A stretch of 63,385 bases of DNA, counting the filler, from Lenisia limosa (Eukaryota; Protista; Breviatea): the NCBI GenBank assembly GCA_001655205.1. It is 14 parts of 14 records of this genome, joined end to end, with 100 filler letters (N's around TTAATTAATTAA, not from the genome) between each part and the next. Parts side by side here need not be neighbours in the genome. Positions count along the whole stretch, not along the records: positions 46,660 to 52,530 come from LPNZ01006054.1; positions 52,631 to 54,318 come from LPNZ01003598.1; positions 54,419 to 56,757 come from LPNZ01005119.1; positions 56,858 to 63,385 come from LPNZ01005856.1; 10 more parts are not named here. One strand, 5' to 3'. Numbering within the stretch: position 1 is the stretch's first letter; every line of letters starts with the position of its first letter. The notes beneath the pieces are model-generated. The model was not told the origin of the DNA. It saw nothing but the letters and a program-made list of their open reading frames with translations, and did not search any database. Positions 51,286 to 61,293 of the stretch are shown one piece after another. Position numbers and translations under genes: made by a program.

Positions 51286-52647
51286 AGATAAATATCAACA
51301 GTTACTTGTCACAGAATTAAGGTGGTAGTTCAAAGCTGACATTGGATCATAGGGTGAACTACATATTATGGTATATTATATGTACATCTAGCTAGAACGA
51401 TAATATGAACTTTGGAAAGTTGATATAGCCCACGTCACTCAAAAACAGAATACATTGAAATGGAATACCATACTACGAAATCAATAGATTAGACTAAGAA
51501 AGGAGCTGAAACACGAGGTGAGGGGGGGGGGGAGGNNNNNNNNNNNNNNNNNNNNNNNNNNNNNNNNNNNNNNNNNNNNNNNNNNNNNNNNNNNNNNNNN
51601 NNNNNNNNCTATGTATTAATACGTGTTTCCCTAGATTTTATTAATATGTGTTCTTGATCTCAAAAATTCCCCAAAAACAAAACAAGTATTATCCGAGCCA
51701 CAAATCCAAGAAATTTGTCAATATGAGCAAAAATTCTGTAAAATATAGAGAAGAAGTAAAAATTCCAACAAAAACAATGTCTACGAAAAATAATTTGTTG
51801 TGAGAAAGTAATTACAGAAATCCCTCCTACACGTGATGATCAATTTTGTTTCGATCATCTCTTTTTTCGTCTGCCAGACGTTTTGCTATTCCTCGAGGGG
51901 GGTGGCGGCGGAGAGGGGTCTGGAAGTAGTTAGGAGGAGTTGACGGGGGTAAGTAGTCAAACGAAAAAATTATTGACGCTGTGACCTGAACGGGCTATTT
52001 GGGTCCAATCGTTCACTAAATTATACGATTGCAGTGACAACATCCCAAAAAATGTCTCGATAAATCCTTGAAAAATATCTGTATTTAAACGGTCTTTTTC
52101 GGACCATAGGGAAGCCCTAGCAATAAGCAAAACAAAAGGTTATATCTGGTCGAAGCCGTCCACACCATNNNNNNNNNNNNNNNNNNNNNNNNNNNNNNNN
52201 NNNNNNNNNNNNNNNNNNNNNNNNNNNNNNNNNNNNNNNNNNNNNNNNNNNNNNNNNNNNNNNNNNNNNNNNNNNNNNNNNNNNNNNNNNNNNNNNNNNN
52301 NNNNNNNNNNNNNNNGTGCAATATCAATAATTAGAATATCAATAATTCGAATATAATTAGAATATCAAAAACTATACATAAAGTAGACCCCTCACTTTCA
52401 AATTAAGGTGGTCCCCCCCCTCTCCGTCCCTCCCTTCTTCTCTCTCCCTCCTCACTTGGTACATATAGGTGGTCAAGATCAAGCTCAGTCATGGCTGCTT
52501 CGATACCTCCTAGGGAAGGGGGGGGGGGGGNNNNNNNNNNNNNNNNNNNNNNNNNNNNNNNNNNNNNNNNNNNNTTAATTAATTAANNNNNNNNNNNNNN
52601 NNNNNNNNNNNNNNNNNNNNNNNNNNNNNNCCCCCCCCCCCCCTCAG

Positions 52648-53870
52648 AAGTCTCACAAGAAAACAATTTTGCGCTAGCGCCCTCCCCTGAGCTCCTCCAC
52701 CCCAACATGGACACCCAAAGTGCGGTCAGCGCTGTCTCGGCGGTTTCGGCTGTTTCGTCAAGGTCCTCGCACTACTCGGATGCCAGCTCGTTCATGCCCA
52801 AGGTGGACTGGATTAGATGTCTATTATGGGGAGGCACGCAGAAATCTGTGCACACAGAGTTGTCAGGCAAATGATTGGGTGAATTAATATTATACTATAG
52901 TCCAATATCTCTTGGCTTCGGCCAGATAGATATAAGCATAATGTGTGTGTTTGATGGTACATGTTATACTAAATGAAGTCTCCATAATAGCTACTTCGTT
53001 TTTTCTATGTTATATCATAATATTGTATTAATTATCATTGATAAATATTTTTCTGGGGTAGCTTACCGTTGTAGCACGTTGCCCCGATTCCACAGCCAAT
53101 GCTGATGCAGCAGAGATCTGGTGGGGGTTCTTGTTACCATATGTCACACTTTCAAATTCAAAATTCATTAAATTATAACACTTTAAAATTCAAAATTAAT
53201 TTCTCAATTAACTGCTCGGTCCACGTTTTAGCTGTATATTAATCTTGTTTTTTGACATTAAAGACGCAAAATAACTTAAAATGTTTCACACATTCCAGGA
53301 GTAAAACGCCCCCCTATGCCCCCGGGTGCTAACTGGCCCACATCCCCTGCAGTAACCGAGCCACGTCCGAGAAAATCCCTGCATTTCCAGAGTTCCGACA
53401 TTCAGATGATTCCGAAGCATAGCAGCGTTCATTCACAGTGGGGGTATTTATTGCTCTCGTTATTAGGGCTTCACTTCGGTTCAAAAAAATGGCCGGTAAA
53501 GTATCGATAGTTTTCGAGGATTTATCGAGAAATCAGTCTTTTTTCGAACCGAAGTGAAGATCTAATCGTCATATTATACAGTGACTGGGATAAGTCTATG
53601 ATTTCCCAAGGAAATTCGGTCAAGACTTATCCCGGTCACGGTGTGCTGGGCAGGCACGCAAAAAGCTATGTGAAGGTTAAAGCAAATGATTGGGTGAATA
53701 AATAAATCCAATATCTCTGTGGTGGTGTGTACGGCTTCGGCCAGATACNNNNNNNNNNNNNNNNNNNNTTTTTGTTTCATAAATTTTCCAATCTTGCCCC
53801 CCCCCCCCATTTCCTCACGGCATTTCAGGGCGTCATCAGTAGAGAGCGCTTCCAATGCGGACAGTCACAT
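52648..53870 (+). CDS. Ser-rich low-complexity protein, internal fragment
   Basis: Phase-consistent exons: EVSQENNFALAPSPELLHPNMDTQSAVSAVSAVSAVSSRSSHYSDASSFMPK; HVAPIPQPMLMQQRS; VTEPRPRKSLHFQSSDIQMIPKHSSVHS; ASSVESASNADSH. Confidence 0.65.
53464..53564 (-). mobile_element. hAT-type MITE copy
   Basis: Flanks CTCGTTAT / ATCGTCAT (6 of 8 identical). Confidence 0.85.
53579..53641. mobile_element. Tc1/mariner-type MITE (family 3)
   Basis: TA|CAGTGACTGGGATAAGTCT ... AGACTTATCCCGGTCACGG; arms match at 17 of 19 positions. Partial relatives near 19759, 41694, 54001 and 54895. Confidence 0.75.
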
Positions 53871-53894
53871 GTGGGGGGAGGGGGGGGTTATATG

Positions 53895-53993
53895 TAGGGC
53901 TTCACTTAGGTTTGAAAAAGATCGATAAAATAGCGATAGTTTTCGGGGATTTATCGAGAAATTCAGTCTTTTTTAACCCGAAGTGAAGCCCTA
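53895..53993 (-). mobile_element. hAT-type MITE copy with a perfect 8-bp TSD
   Basis: GTTATATG|TAGGG...CCCTA|GTTATATG (53887-53894 and 53994-54001). Confidence 0.95.
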
Positions 53994-54463
53994 GTTATAT
54001 GGTCACTGTATAATAGAAATAAAATCCAAAGGTAGCTAATCTAGTACATACTAGGGTTTCACTTCGGTTCGAAAAAAAGACTGAATTCCTCGATAATTCC
54101 TCGAAAACTATTCCTATCATCACGTCCAAAGTCTCCCAAGTCTCCTATCATCAAGTCCAAATACTCCTATCATCACCCCTACCACTATTCAATCATTTTT
54201 GAAAAGGGAAGCTCTCGTGAATATTAAGGTCTTGGGCTTCACTTCGGTTTGAAAATTTATTGATAAATCCTCGAAAACTATCGAGATTTTACCAGTCTTT
54301 TTTGAACCAAACTGAAGTNNNNNNNNNNNNNNNNNNNNNNNNNNNNNNNNNNNNNNNNNNNNTTAATTAATTAANNNNNNNNNNNNNNNNNNNNNNNNNN
54401 NNNNNNNNNNNNNNNNNNTTTGTGTGTTTCATAAATTCCAATTTTACTCCTCCCCCCCCCCAC

Positions 54464-55560
54464 GGTAAATTCGTACTGTCCGGGCCGGAGCAAGGAAACG
54501 TCCGGGACATGCAGAACCGGAGCCGAGAGGACGAGAACGGAGCCGTTTTGGTACTTGCATTCCTCGTCAAGTCCTGGGTTACCGCAGCACTGGTTGGCCT
54601 TAAACTGTTCGAAGAGGGAGTCGTTGTCGCTTAAGTAGGAGCACCTCATCCTGGAATACGTGAATTTAATAAAGCTAGCCCCTCTGTTTGATTTTATGTG
54701 TTATCTCAGGGTTTTGTTTCAACTTTGTTTTTCTATTAATTAAAACAGTATTCAACCCCTCCCCCCCACGAAAGCGATCCGAGTTCACCAAGCCAGTCCG
54801 AGCCAGTTACATTCACAAAAATGGGTCCTTCCGACATTTCGGAGGCAACCTCCCCTGTGACCTGGGGGTGGGGTAAAATGGAACTTATGAAATTGTCATT
54901 TCCCAAGGAAAATTGGTCAAGACTTATCCTGGTCACTTAGCCCTGTAATTCTACACCCCCCCCCCNNNNNNNNNNNNNNNNNNNNNNNNNNNNNNNNNNN
55001 NNNNNNNNNNNNNNNNNNNNNNNNNNNNNNNNNNNNNNNNNNNNNNNNNNNNNNNNNNNNNNNNNNNNNNNNNNNNNNNNNNNNNNNNNNNNNNNNNNNN
55101 NNNNNNNNNNNNNNNNNNNNNNNNNNNNNTACAGAAGAAACCGGGAAAGTGGAAGAAACAGAAAAAAACGGAAAACGGAGTAACATATTTTTTTCAAAAA
55201 CTGTTCTTACAAAATCAACTAACAATAAAAAATATGATATAATATATATTTATATACTATAAATATATGAAAATATTAATACTAATACACACACACATAT
55301 ATTAATAATATTGATAAGAATATCAAATAATATCAAATGCCCGTAGCTCTATTAAAAACAACAAAAAAACAAAGCCAGGCCAGTTGCTTCTGTGAGTCTC
55401 AATAATACCTCCCACGCACCCTTTGGAAGTTGACGACCGCGTCGGAAAGATGCTTAGACTTGGCGACAACACCGGTTCCGGAATAGGAGAATGTGAGAGG
55501 ACGGGCCGGGTCAGTGGCGCAAGTTGAGGCAACCGTGAGGGGTTCAAGGGCTGCCAGGCC
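54464..55560 (-). CDS. Fragment of a probable extracellular beta-rich protein
   Basis: Exons 55560-~55420 (LTVASTCATDPARPLTFSYSGTGVVAKSKHLSDAVVNFQR), ~54860-54770 (VTGEVASEMSEGPIFVNVTGSDWLGELGSL) and ~54632-54464 (DNDSLFEQFKANQCCGNPGLDEECKYQNGSVLVLSAPVLHVPDVSLLRPGQYEFT), with GT-AG boundaries. Confidence 0.7.
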
Positions 55561-56417
55561 CTGGGGGGGGGGTTATATAATAACAAATTATATATTATAC
55601 ACTTGTACTCCCGTAACCCCCACCCCCAATAATAATCACAATAAAGACCCCACCTCCCAAATAATATTAATAATGAATAATGAATAATAAATCAGAAATA
55701 ATAAATCAGAAATAATAAAAATAATAAATTATAAGGAATAAATCATAAATAATAAATAATAACTAATAATAAAATAATAAAATAATAAAAACTACAACAC
55801 CCCCCCCCCCNNNNNNNNNNNNNNNNNNNNNNNNNNNNNNNNNNNNNNNNNNNNNNNNNNNNNNNNNNNNNNNNNNNNNNNNNNNNNNNNNNNNNNNNNN
55901 NNNNNNNNNNNNNNNNNNNNNNNNNNNNNNNNNNNNNNNNNNNNNTGAGCAAAACAAACAAAGCCCTGGGGGGGAGGGGGGTTAAAAAGAGCCTCAACCA
56001 AAATCCAATAACCAAAGAGAGCCTCAAAACATCAACCATTGGAGCTCCAATTTTCGTTCCAAAAAAGACTCAATTCTCCAAAAATCCTTGACAAAATATC
56101 GATATTGTATCAGTAAAATAGTGAAACTCTATCGACCCACCTGATCGCCATGATAGGACCATGTTATCACGGCTGTGACCGTAAGTGAAGAGCCGGATGT
56201 GACGGTGTCGTCAATTTTGACCGAAAGCTGAGGGGAAATGAAAAAGCAAATGCACAGGGTCTCAATAATATGCAAAGACACAACCTTGTTATTTTAATAA
56301 TCTACACCACTCCCACAATTAAAATAGAAGAATAAGTACAATATTAAGAAATAAAAGCCCACACCCCTGGTTTATATATTGTACCATATAGTATCTAATA
56401 TATGCACAGTATATAGC

Positions 56418-56506
56418 TAGGGCTACCCCTACGGTCCCAAAAAAGACTGAATCCAAGATAAATATCGATATTTTGACGGACTTTTTCGGACTGTAGAGAA
56501 GCCTTT
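56418..56506 (+). mobile_element. hAT-type MITE copy (variant B) with a perfect 8-bp TSD
   Basis: TATATAGC|TAGGGCTACCCCTACGGTCC...GAAGCCTTT|TATATAGC (56410-56417 and 56507-56514). Confidence 0.9.
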
Positions 56507-57120
56507 TATATAGCAATGATAAATAAAAAAAACAAGGTTGTATCTGGATGAAGCCGTCCACACCATCACTCTTATAAGAGATATTGGATTATAGTAAAAT
56601 ATTCATTCAGCCAATTTGCCTTACAACTCTGTGCACACAGCATATCACATAATGTATAATTAGAGTTTAAAGTACACAATTATTTGCATTCCCCAAAACA
56701 CCACCACCACCAATGACAAATGTTAGCTAAACATGTTATGTTGACGGAACAACCTTTNNNNNNNNNNNNNNNNNNNNNNNNNNNNNNNNNNNNNNNNNNN
56801 NTTAATTAATTAANNNNNNNNNNNNNNNNNNNNNNNNNNNNNNNNNNNNNNNNNNNNGCAACACTTTGGCAACGGGTAAAAGGAATCGGGCAGTCCATGC
56901 GGCCGCAGTCGAATTTTTTATGAATGTAATTGAGTATATATTTGCACATTTACAAAGCCTTGAGAGCCTCCCCGATTGAGGAATCTCGACATCTGGCTGA
57001 TCTCAACTTTTTATCTTCTTTTTTATCGAAAGAGTGCAATGAACAGTCATTTGTACAACATACTCTTAGTGCATTAATTACAACCCCTCTTGTTTACCTG
57101 TACCCATATTAACTGTGCAG

Positions 57121-57405
57121 GGTTCTGCATAGGGCGAAAGAGAGCCCGGGTCGAATTGACGATAACGTCAAATCGGTCCGGAACCGCATCCAAATCTACT
57201 GCTCGCGTTCCGAGCCAATCATGCTGTATTACAAGGTGAGGGAATGTATGTTCCGTTTTGTGTTTTATTTTCATTCTCTAAATACTTAGTCATAATACTG
57301 TATTGAACTGTTGATGCCGCACAAGGGTCTTGAACAGTTTTTGATAAGCGTATGTTACCATCTTAGGGACTTCAAAAGTACCAAGAAATTTCTTCAGAAG
57401 GCTCT
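57121..57405 (+). CDS. Adenylate kinase / UMP-CMP kinase-like C-terminal fragment
   Basis: Exon 57121-57235 VLHRAKESPGRIDDNVKSVRNRIQIYCSRSEPIMLYYK plus exon 57367-57405 GLQKYQEISSEGS fit the pattern RxxxxGRxDDNxExxxxRxxxYxxxTxPxxxYY. P-loop and GFPR motifs are not seen. Confidence 0.7.
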
Positions 57406-58030
57406 GTAAGCTTTGAATTTACGTTTTTTTTTAAAATAATTAAAATAATTAGTCGTTCAATTCGTAACCCCCCNNNNNNNNNNNNNNNNNNNNNNNNNNN
57501 NNNNNNNNNNNNNNNNNNNNNNNNNNNNNNNNNNNNNNNNNNNNNNNNNNNNNNNNNNNNNNNNNNNNNATTAAGGGCCTTTTGCCTATTAGACATGTGG
57601 GTATCTCCTTTATGGAGTCGATGTTTTCGTCTTGCGTAATCGAATATTCTGTTACGAATCCTCTTCATCATCTTATAATTATTGGTATATTTCACTTTTT
57701 TTGTTGTAGAACGCCAATTTTCTCCTTTCACTCTTTAGAAACTCTAAAAGTAATTATGGTGCCATTTTTTCCTCGTGTTTTTTCTATCTTGGAATGTAGT
57801 GCTGTTCCAATCAGATTGGAAGGCAGGATATAGTGATTTCTCTATGGTAGCAGGAAATGGAAAAGGTATTCTACACACGTGAGTGGTTGACTTTCGGAGG
57901 AAGGGAGGGGGTATAACAACCGATTTTTGAAGTGACTCACAAAGTTTGCTCATAAACAGTCATACACAGTTCATTGGTCTTCCAAATTGATGAATAACAA
58001 TTACTCAGATTTGATATATATTTCAAAAAT

Positions 58031-60836
58031 CTAATAGTGCATGGTTTCAAGGAAGGAGTCTTCTTCAGGATCCCATCCTAGCTTGGCAGGGTCAACTTTC
58101 GAGGCTGCCAGACACTACAATGAATAAGCAGTGTATTTGGAAGGGTGTGCGTTGGGTGCATATTACTAAGATCTACATACTAATGCCTGTAATATAAATA
58201 AAAAACCCAATATACCCAACACAGCTATGAAAAGGTAAGTGTTAGTGAACTGTGAAGCCCAACACACACACACCTGAACCATAGTCGGAACCCCCACACA
58301 CCTGAACCATTGTCAGCGGTGGCCCCTTCTGTCCAAGAAACTCCTGCATGTCATAGAGGCACTGGACCGCCGCCCCTCGCCACCTCTCAATCTTCAACGA
58401 CATGTTCGAAATGTCTGCCTGGTTGGGAGAGTGGAATGAGCTAAAAGGAAAAATCCTTTGTGTTCGCCCAGTGTAACTAGGATTGTGGGGGTGAGTGAAG
58501 GCTTTGCTCTCAGTAAAGAAGCAATAAGCACAATAAGAAGGGTACATTCTTCTTATGGTATAACACAAGTGAGAGAAATTTCATGCACAGACCAACCTCA
58601 GATGTGACTTTTGAGAGGAGTTTGGTTTTTCTCAATTCCGTTTTGAGCTGTGTGATGCGTGATCTAAACCATAAGAACTTTAACCAAGGTACCCCCCCCC
58701 CCCCNNNNNNNNNNNNNNNNNNNNNNNNNNNNNNNNNNNNNNNNNNNNNNNNNNNNNNNNNNNNNNNNNNNNNNATTTTGGCAGCCGTTAGCCTTATGAA
58801 GAGGCTGTAGGGGAAAGAGGTTAAGTCCAACAAATAAGTCGTGGAATAGTGGAGTGAATGGATGGATGTCAATTACTACTAGCAATGAGGCACCTTCAGA
58901 AAGCTGTGTACACAGGGTTGTAAAGCAAATGATGGGGTGAATTATATTTTACAATAATCCAATATCTCTTATAAGCGATGCTGGCTTCGATCATATTTCA
59001 CCTTGTTCTCTCATCTCTACATATCATATACAGAACCAGAAATTCAGTGAGCGAACTTTTCTTTGAGGTGTGCGCATGACTGGGGCGGTGCGTGAAGGTG
59101 TTGAAACAAGAGAGGACTAACATAGTTATTCGTTTGACTCCAAAAAGAGCGGCATTTTCAACAGAGAGTTGTATTATCTACTCATTGACATTAACCATAC
59201 TGCCTCTGGTGGTAAACGAATGAGTTCACTATATTTTCAACTATCAAAGCATCATATATAGAAGCCTGTGAGCTCTTAACCTCCATTAATACTACAAGGA
59301 GGAGAACATCAACTAGACTTCAAAACAACTCTATAACTCACCTGTGGAGGCTCAATGGTGTTCTGTTCAGTTTGAGGCTGAGCCAAAGGTTGGGGTCCTT
59401 TGAAAGGCGACCTGCAGTGAAATAAGAGAGTGTTTACAATACTCATCGAAATTGACGTCTAAAACGCTTTCCAAACGACCATCAAAATAAGAACATTCCT
59501 ATGATGTCTCAAGGAATTCTTCAAGTATTATATGTAGCAATGAGAAATAAAAACTAAGGTTGTATCTGGCCAAAGCCGTCCACACATTGTATAATATTAA
59601 TTCACCCAATCATTTGTCTTGCAACTGTGAACACAGCTTCTGTGTGCCTAGTATTAATAAAGCCCACATGAATTTGCGTCTTCGCAGGCCTAGTCCACCC
59701 TTTCGAGGGGTAACAATTGGGGTGGTGGATCCTGAGACAGGTTAGTTTATGGTAAGGAGATTGACTTGGTTGAAGGGAGAGTGTGACGCGGTTTGGAAGG
59801 AAATTCTCAATATCACTTCAGTTTGCTTCTCGATTGGGCTAAAACGTATCTAGGTACATATATACATATATTCTCTCAATATTTTGTTTTTCCCCACATA
59901 AATATACCAATAAAATTTAACAATAGATTTCAACTCAGAAAACAAAGTTGCTCTTTCAATATTGTTTAATGATGTTTTACCATTTTATTATCTTTCCATT
60001 CCCACCTGCAAGCGGCGTAGATGGTGTTGATGGCATTGAGTGGAGCTGTTTTCTAGGTGTCTACAAAGTCATTGAAACAAGAAAATATAATAAACAAGAA
60101 AACAACCAACCTGGATTGGGGTGGAAGGTGGAGAGGTTTTGGATGAGGATTGCTGCATTTGTGGGAGTGGAGGGGCCTGGGAAATGTTATCAAATATAAC
60201 CAAGGAGGGGATACTATCAGATATAAAAGCAATACGATTAGACTCTTTCATTAAAAGCATAAAAGACGGGTAGACATAAAAGGCCGGACTTCTTTTCACT
60301 CAAAGATTGGTAGTCATATTACCTTTATCGTAAAATATCATACAAACATGTTATAGATTATCCAACCTACCTGAGTCAGGGGGACATATTCATCATCGCC
60401 TTTTGGAAGCCACATAATGTCAAGGAACGATGATTTTGGGGCCGGAATGCTGCGCCATTCAAGTACCGCTTGGGACGGAAGCGACGCATCATCCTGATGG
60501 GGACTTAGCTCGCTTTGTGAACATTATCAGCATATTTGTCCATACTCCTAACCAACACATTCTCATTGTCCAATTCAAAACACAAATATATTTGAAACAC
60601 CTTACAACACCCTTAACAGTACTGTTATTCTTCCTTGTCCCTTTTTGCCTTAAAAGGGATTATTTATCATGAGAGGATCCCGAACTAACTGGAGAGCAGA
60701 TCTCGTCCTGACTTGCAAGGCAATCCTGGATAGCTTGCGGGGAACAGCCGCTTATATTGACGGCGTCTCGAAGTTGCACAGGAACATCAGAAAGAGATTC
60801 GTAGAGCTTCCTAAGAGTGTCTTCGATGCTGGTCAT
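58031..60836 (-). CDS. SFR1: SFR1/Mei5 recombination mediator subunit with a low-complexity N-terminus
   Basis: Exons 58663-58597, 58418-58302 and 58114-58031 give SRITQLKTELRKTKLLSKVTSEADISNMSLKIERWRGAAVQCLYDMQEFLGQKGPPLTMVQCLAASKVDPAKLGWDPEEDSF, matching Sfr1/Mei5 LxxLIxKWRxxSQxxLYxL...LxxLxxxxxxDxxLLxYxxxExxF. The upstream Ser/Thr/Pro-rich exons and the start at 60836 are less certain. Confidence 0.8.
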
Positions 60837-61293
60837 CCTTGTTGATGGAAGAATGTCTGATAGAAATGTGACGTTTAAGCGAAGTTGAAAGTGTGGCTTC
60901 TCCTTCCGTCTACTTATGTATGCTTCTAGATTATATTTCTTTTTAAAGAAGTGGCAAAGAGGCTTTAATTTTTTTCTAAGAAGCAAGTAAAAGCAATCTC
61001 TTGGTGTTTATATATATTCTCTTTTCAAGAAAAGAATGCGTCAATAACAGCCTCTTTAGAACGGTTTTAATCAGTTAAGTATGTTAAATAAGGATATGAA
61101 GCGGCAGGGGCGATATATGCATTCCCCTATTTTTTCGCCCAGCGCCCGTCCTCAGAAGCAAGAATCTATTTAAGTGAGAATGGTGTTTTTAATTTTTCAT
61201 CCTTTCAAATAACAAAAAAACTAATCAATAAAAATCTGAATACCTTTTCATTTTTATCTTCATCAATACCCAAAACAGAACTATCATCTCAAG

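Larger units (their letters stand above)
20791..55389. repeat. Repeat family 4: ~110-bp intron-end element ending in a C-run just before 3' splice sites
   Basis: Consensus GAAGCGACTGGCCTCGGCTTTGTTTTGTTGTTTTCAACCCTCGTGTGTTGTTAGCCAACAGAGTTGATTTTGGGCTTTTTGTTTCATAAGTTTTCCAATTTTACCCCCCC(n)AG. Full or partial copies near 20791, 21116, 23721, 26737, 27636, 30797(-), 32015(-), 36412, 38108, 39682, 40535, 41151, 41311, 41459(inverted), 42209, 42975(-), 44640, 45320, 46669(inverted), 53769, 54419, 54861(-), 55346(-). Confidence 0.85.
17888..56506. mobile_element. hAT-type MITE family (~100 bp), about 29 full or partial copies, mostly intronic
   Basis: Consensus TAGGGCTTCACTTCGGTTCGAAAAAAGACTGAATTTCTCGATAAATCCTCGAAAACTATCGATATTTTACCGGTCTTTTTTCGAACCGAAGTGAAGCCCTA. 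Approximate starts: 17888, 21335, 27121, 29191, 29720, 29948, 30124, 30199, 31778, 32365, 32914, 33421, 33988, 38915, 40381, 41950, 42597, 43154, 46011, 46741, 47044, 49340, 52041, 53464, 53895, 54052, 54233, 56041, 56418. ~29-bp TIRs, TAGGG termini and 8-bp flanking duplications. Confidence 0.9.
17689..56857. other. Thirteen artificial contig spacers N44-TTAATTAATTAA-N44
   Basis: 100-nt blocks of the same design at about 17689, 21490, 26331, 31253, 33828, 36501, 38333, 42812, 44753, 46560, 52531, 54319 and 56758. TTAATTAATTAA places stops in all six frames. Confidence 0.97.
17654..59649. repeat. Repeat family 2 (up to ~230 bp) with a GGC-TTCG-GCC mini-hairpin near its end, about 14 copies
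   Basis: Shared core GTAAAGCAAATGATTGGGTGAATTAATAT..ATCCAATATCTCTTATAAGCGTGATGGTGTGGACGGCTTCGGCCAGATACAACCTTGTTTTTATTTCTCATTGCTA. Forward near 29083, 38700, 42761, 44365, 44586, 46125, 52841, 53645, 58901; reverse near 17654, 18497, 52120, 56511, 59536. Confidence 0.85.

Noticed and set aside
54464-54634. Plus-strand ORF 54422-54634 as a gene
   Set aside because: No AG acceptor; the minus strand has proper AG/GT boundaries and joins in phase with the next exon.
17888-56506. CRISPR array or bacterial REP interpretation of the palindromic ~100-bp repeats
   Set aside because: Copies are dispersed, in both orientations, without regular spacers or cas genes, in a spliceosomal-intron context, and have TIRs with 8-bp TSDs.
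20762-58885. ORFs in the supplied track that run through X residues
   Set aside because: They are open only because N runs contain no stop codons.
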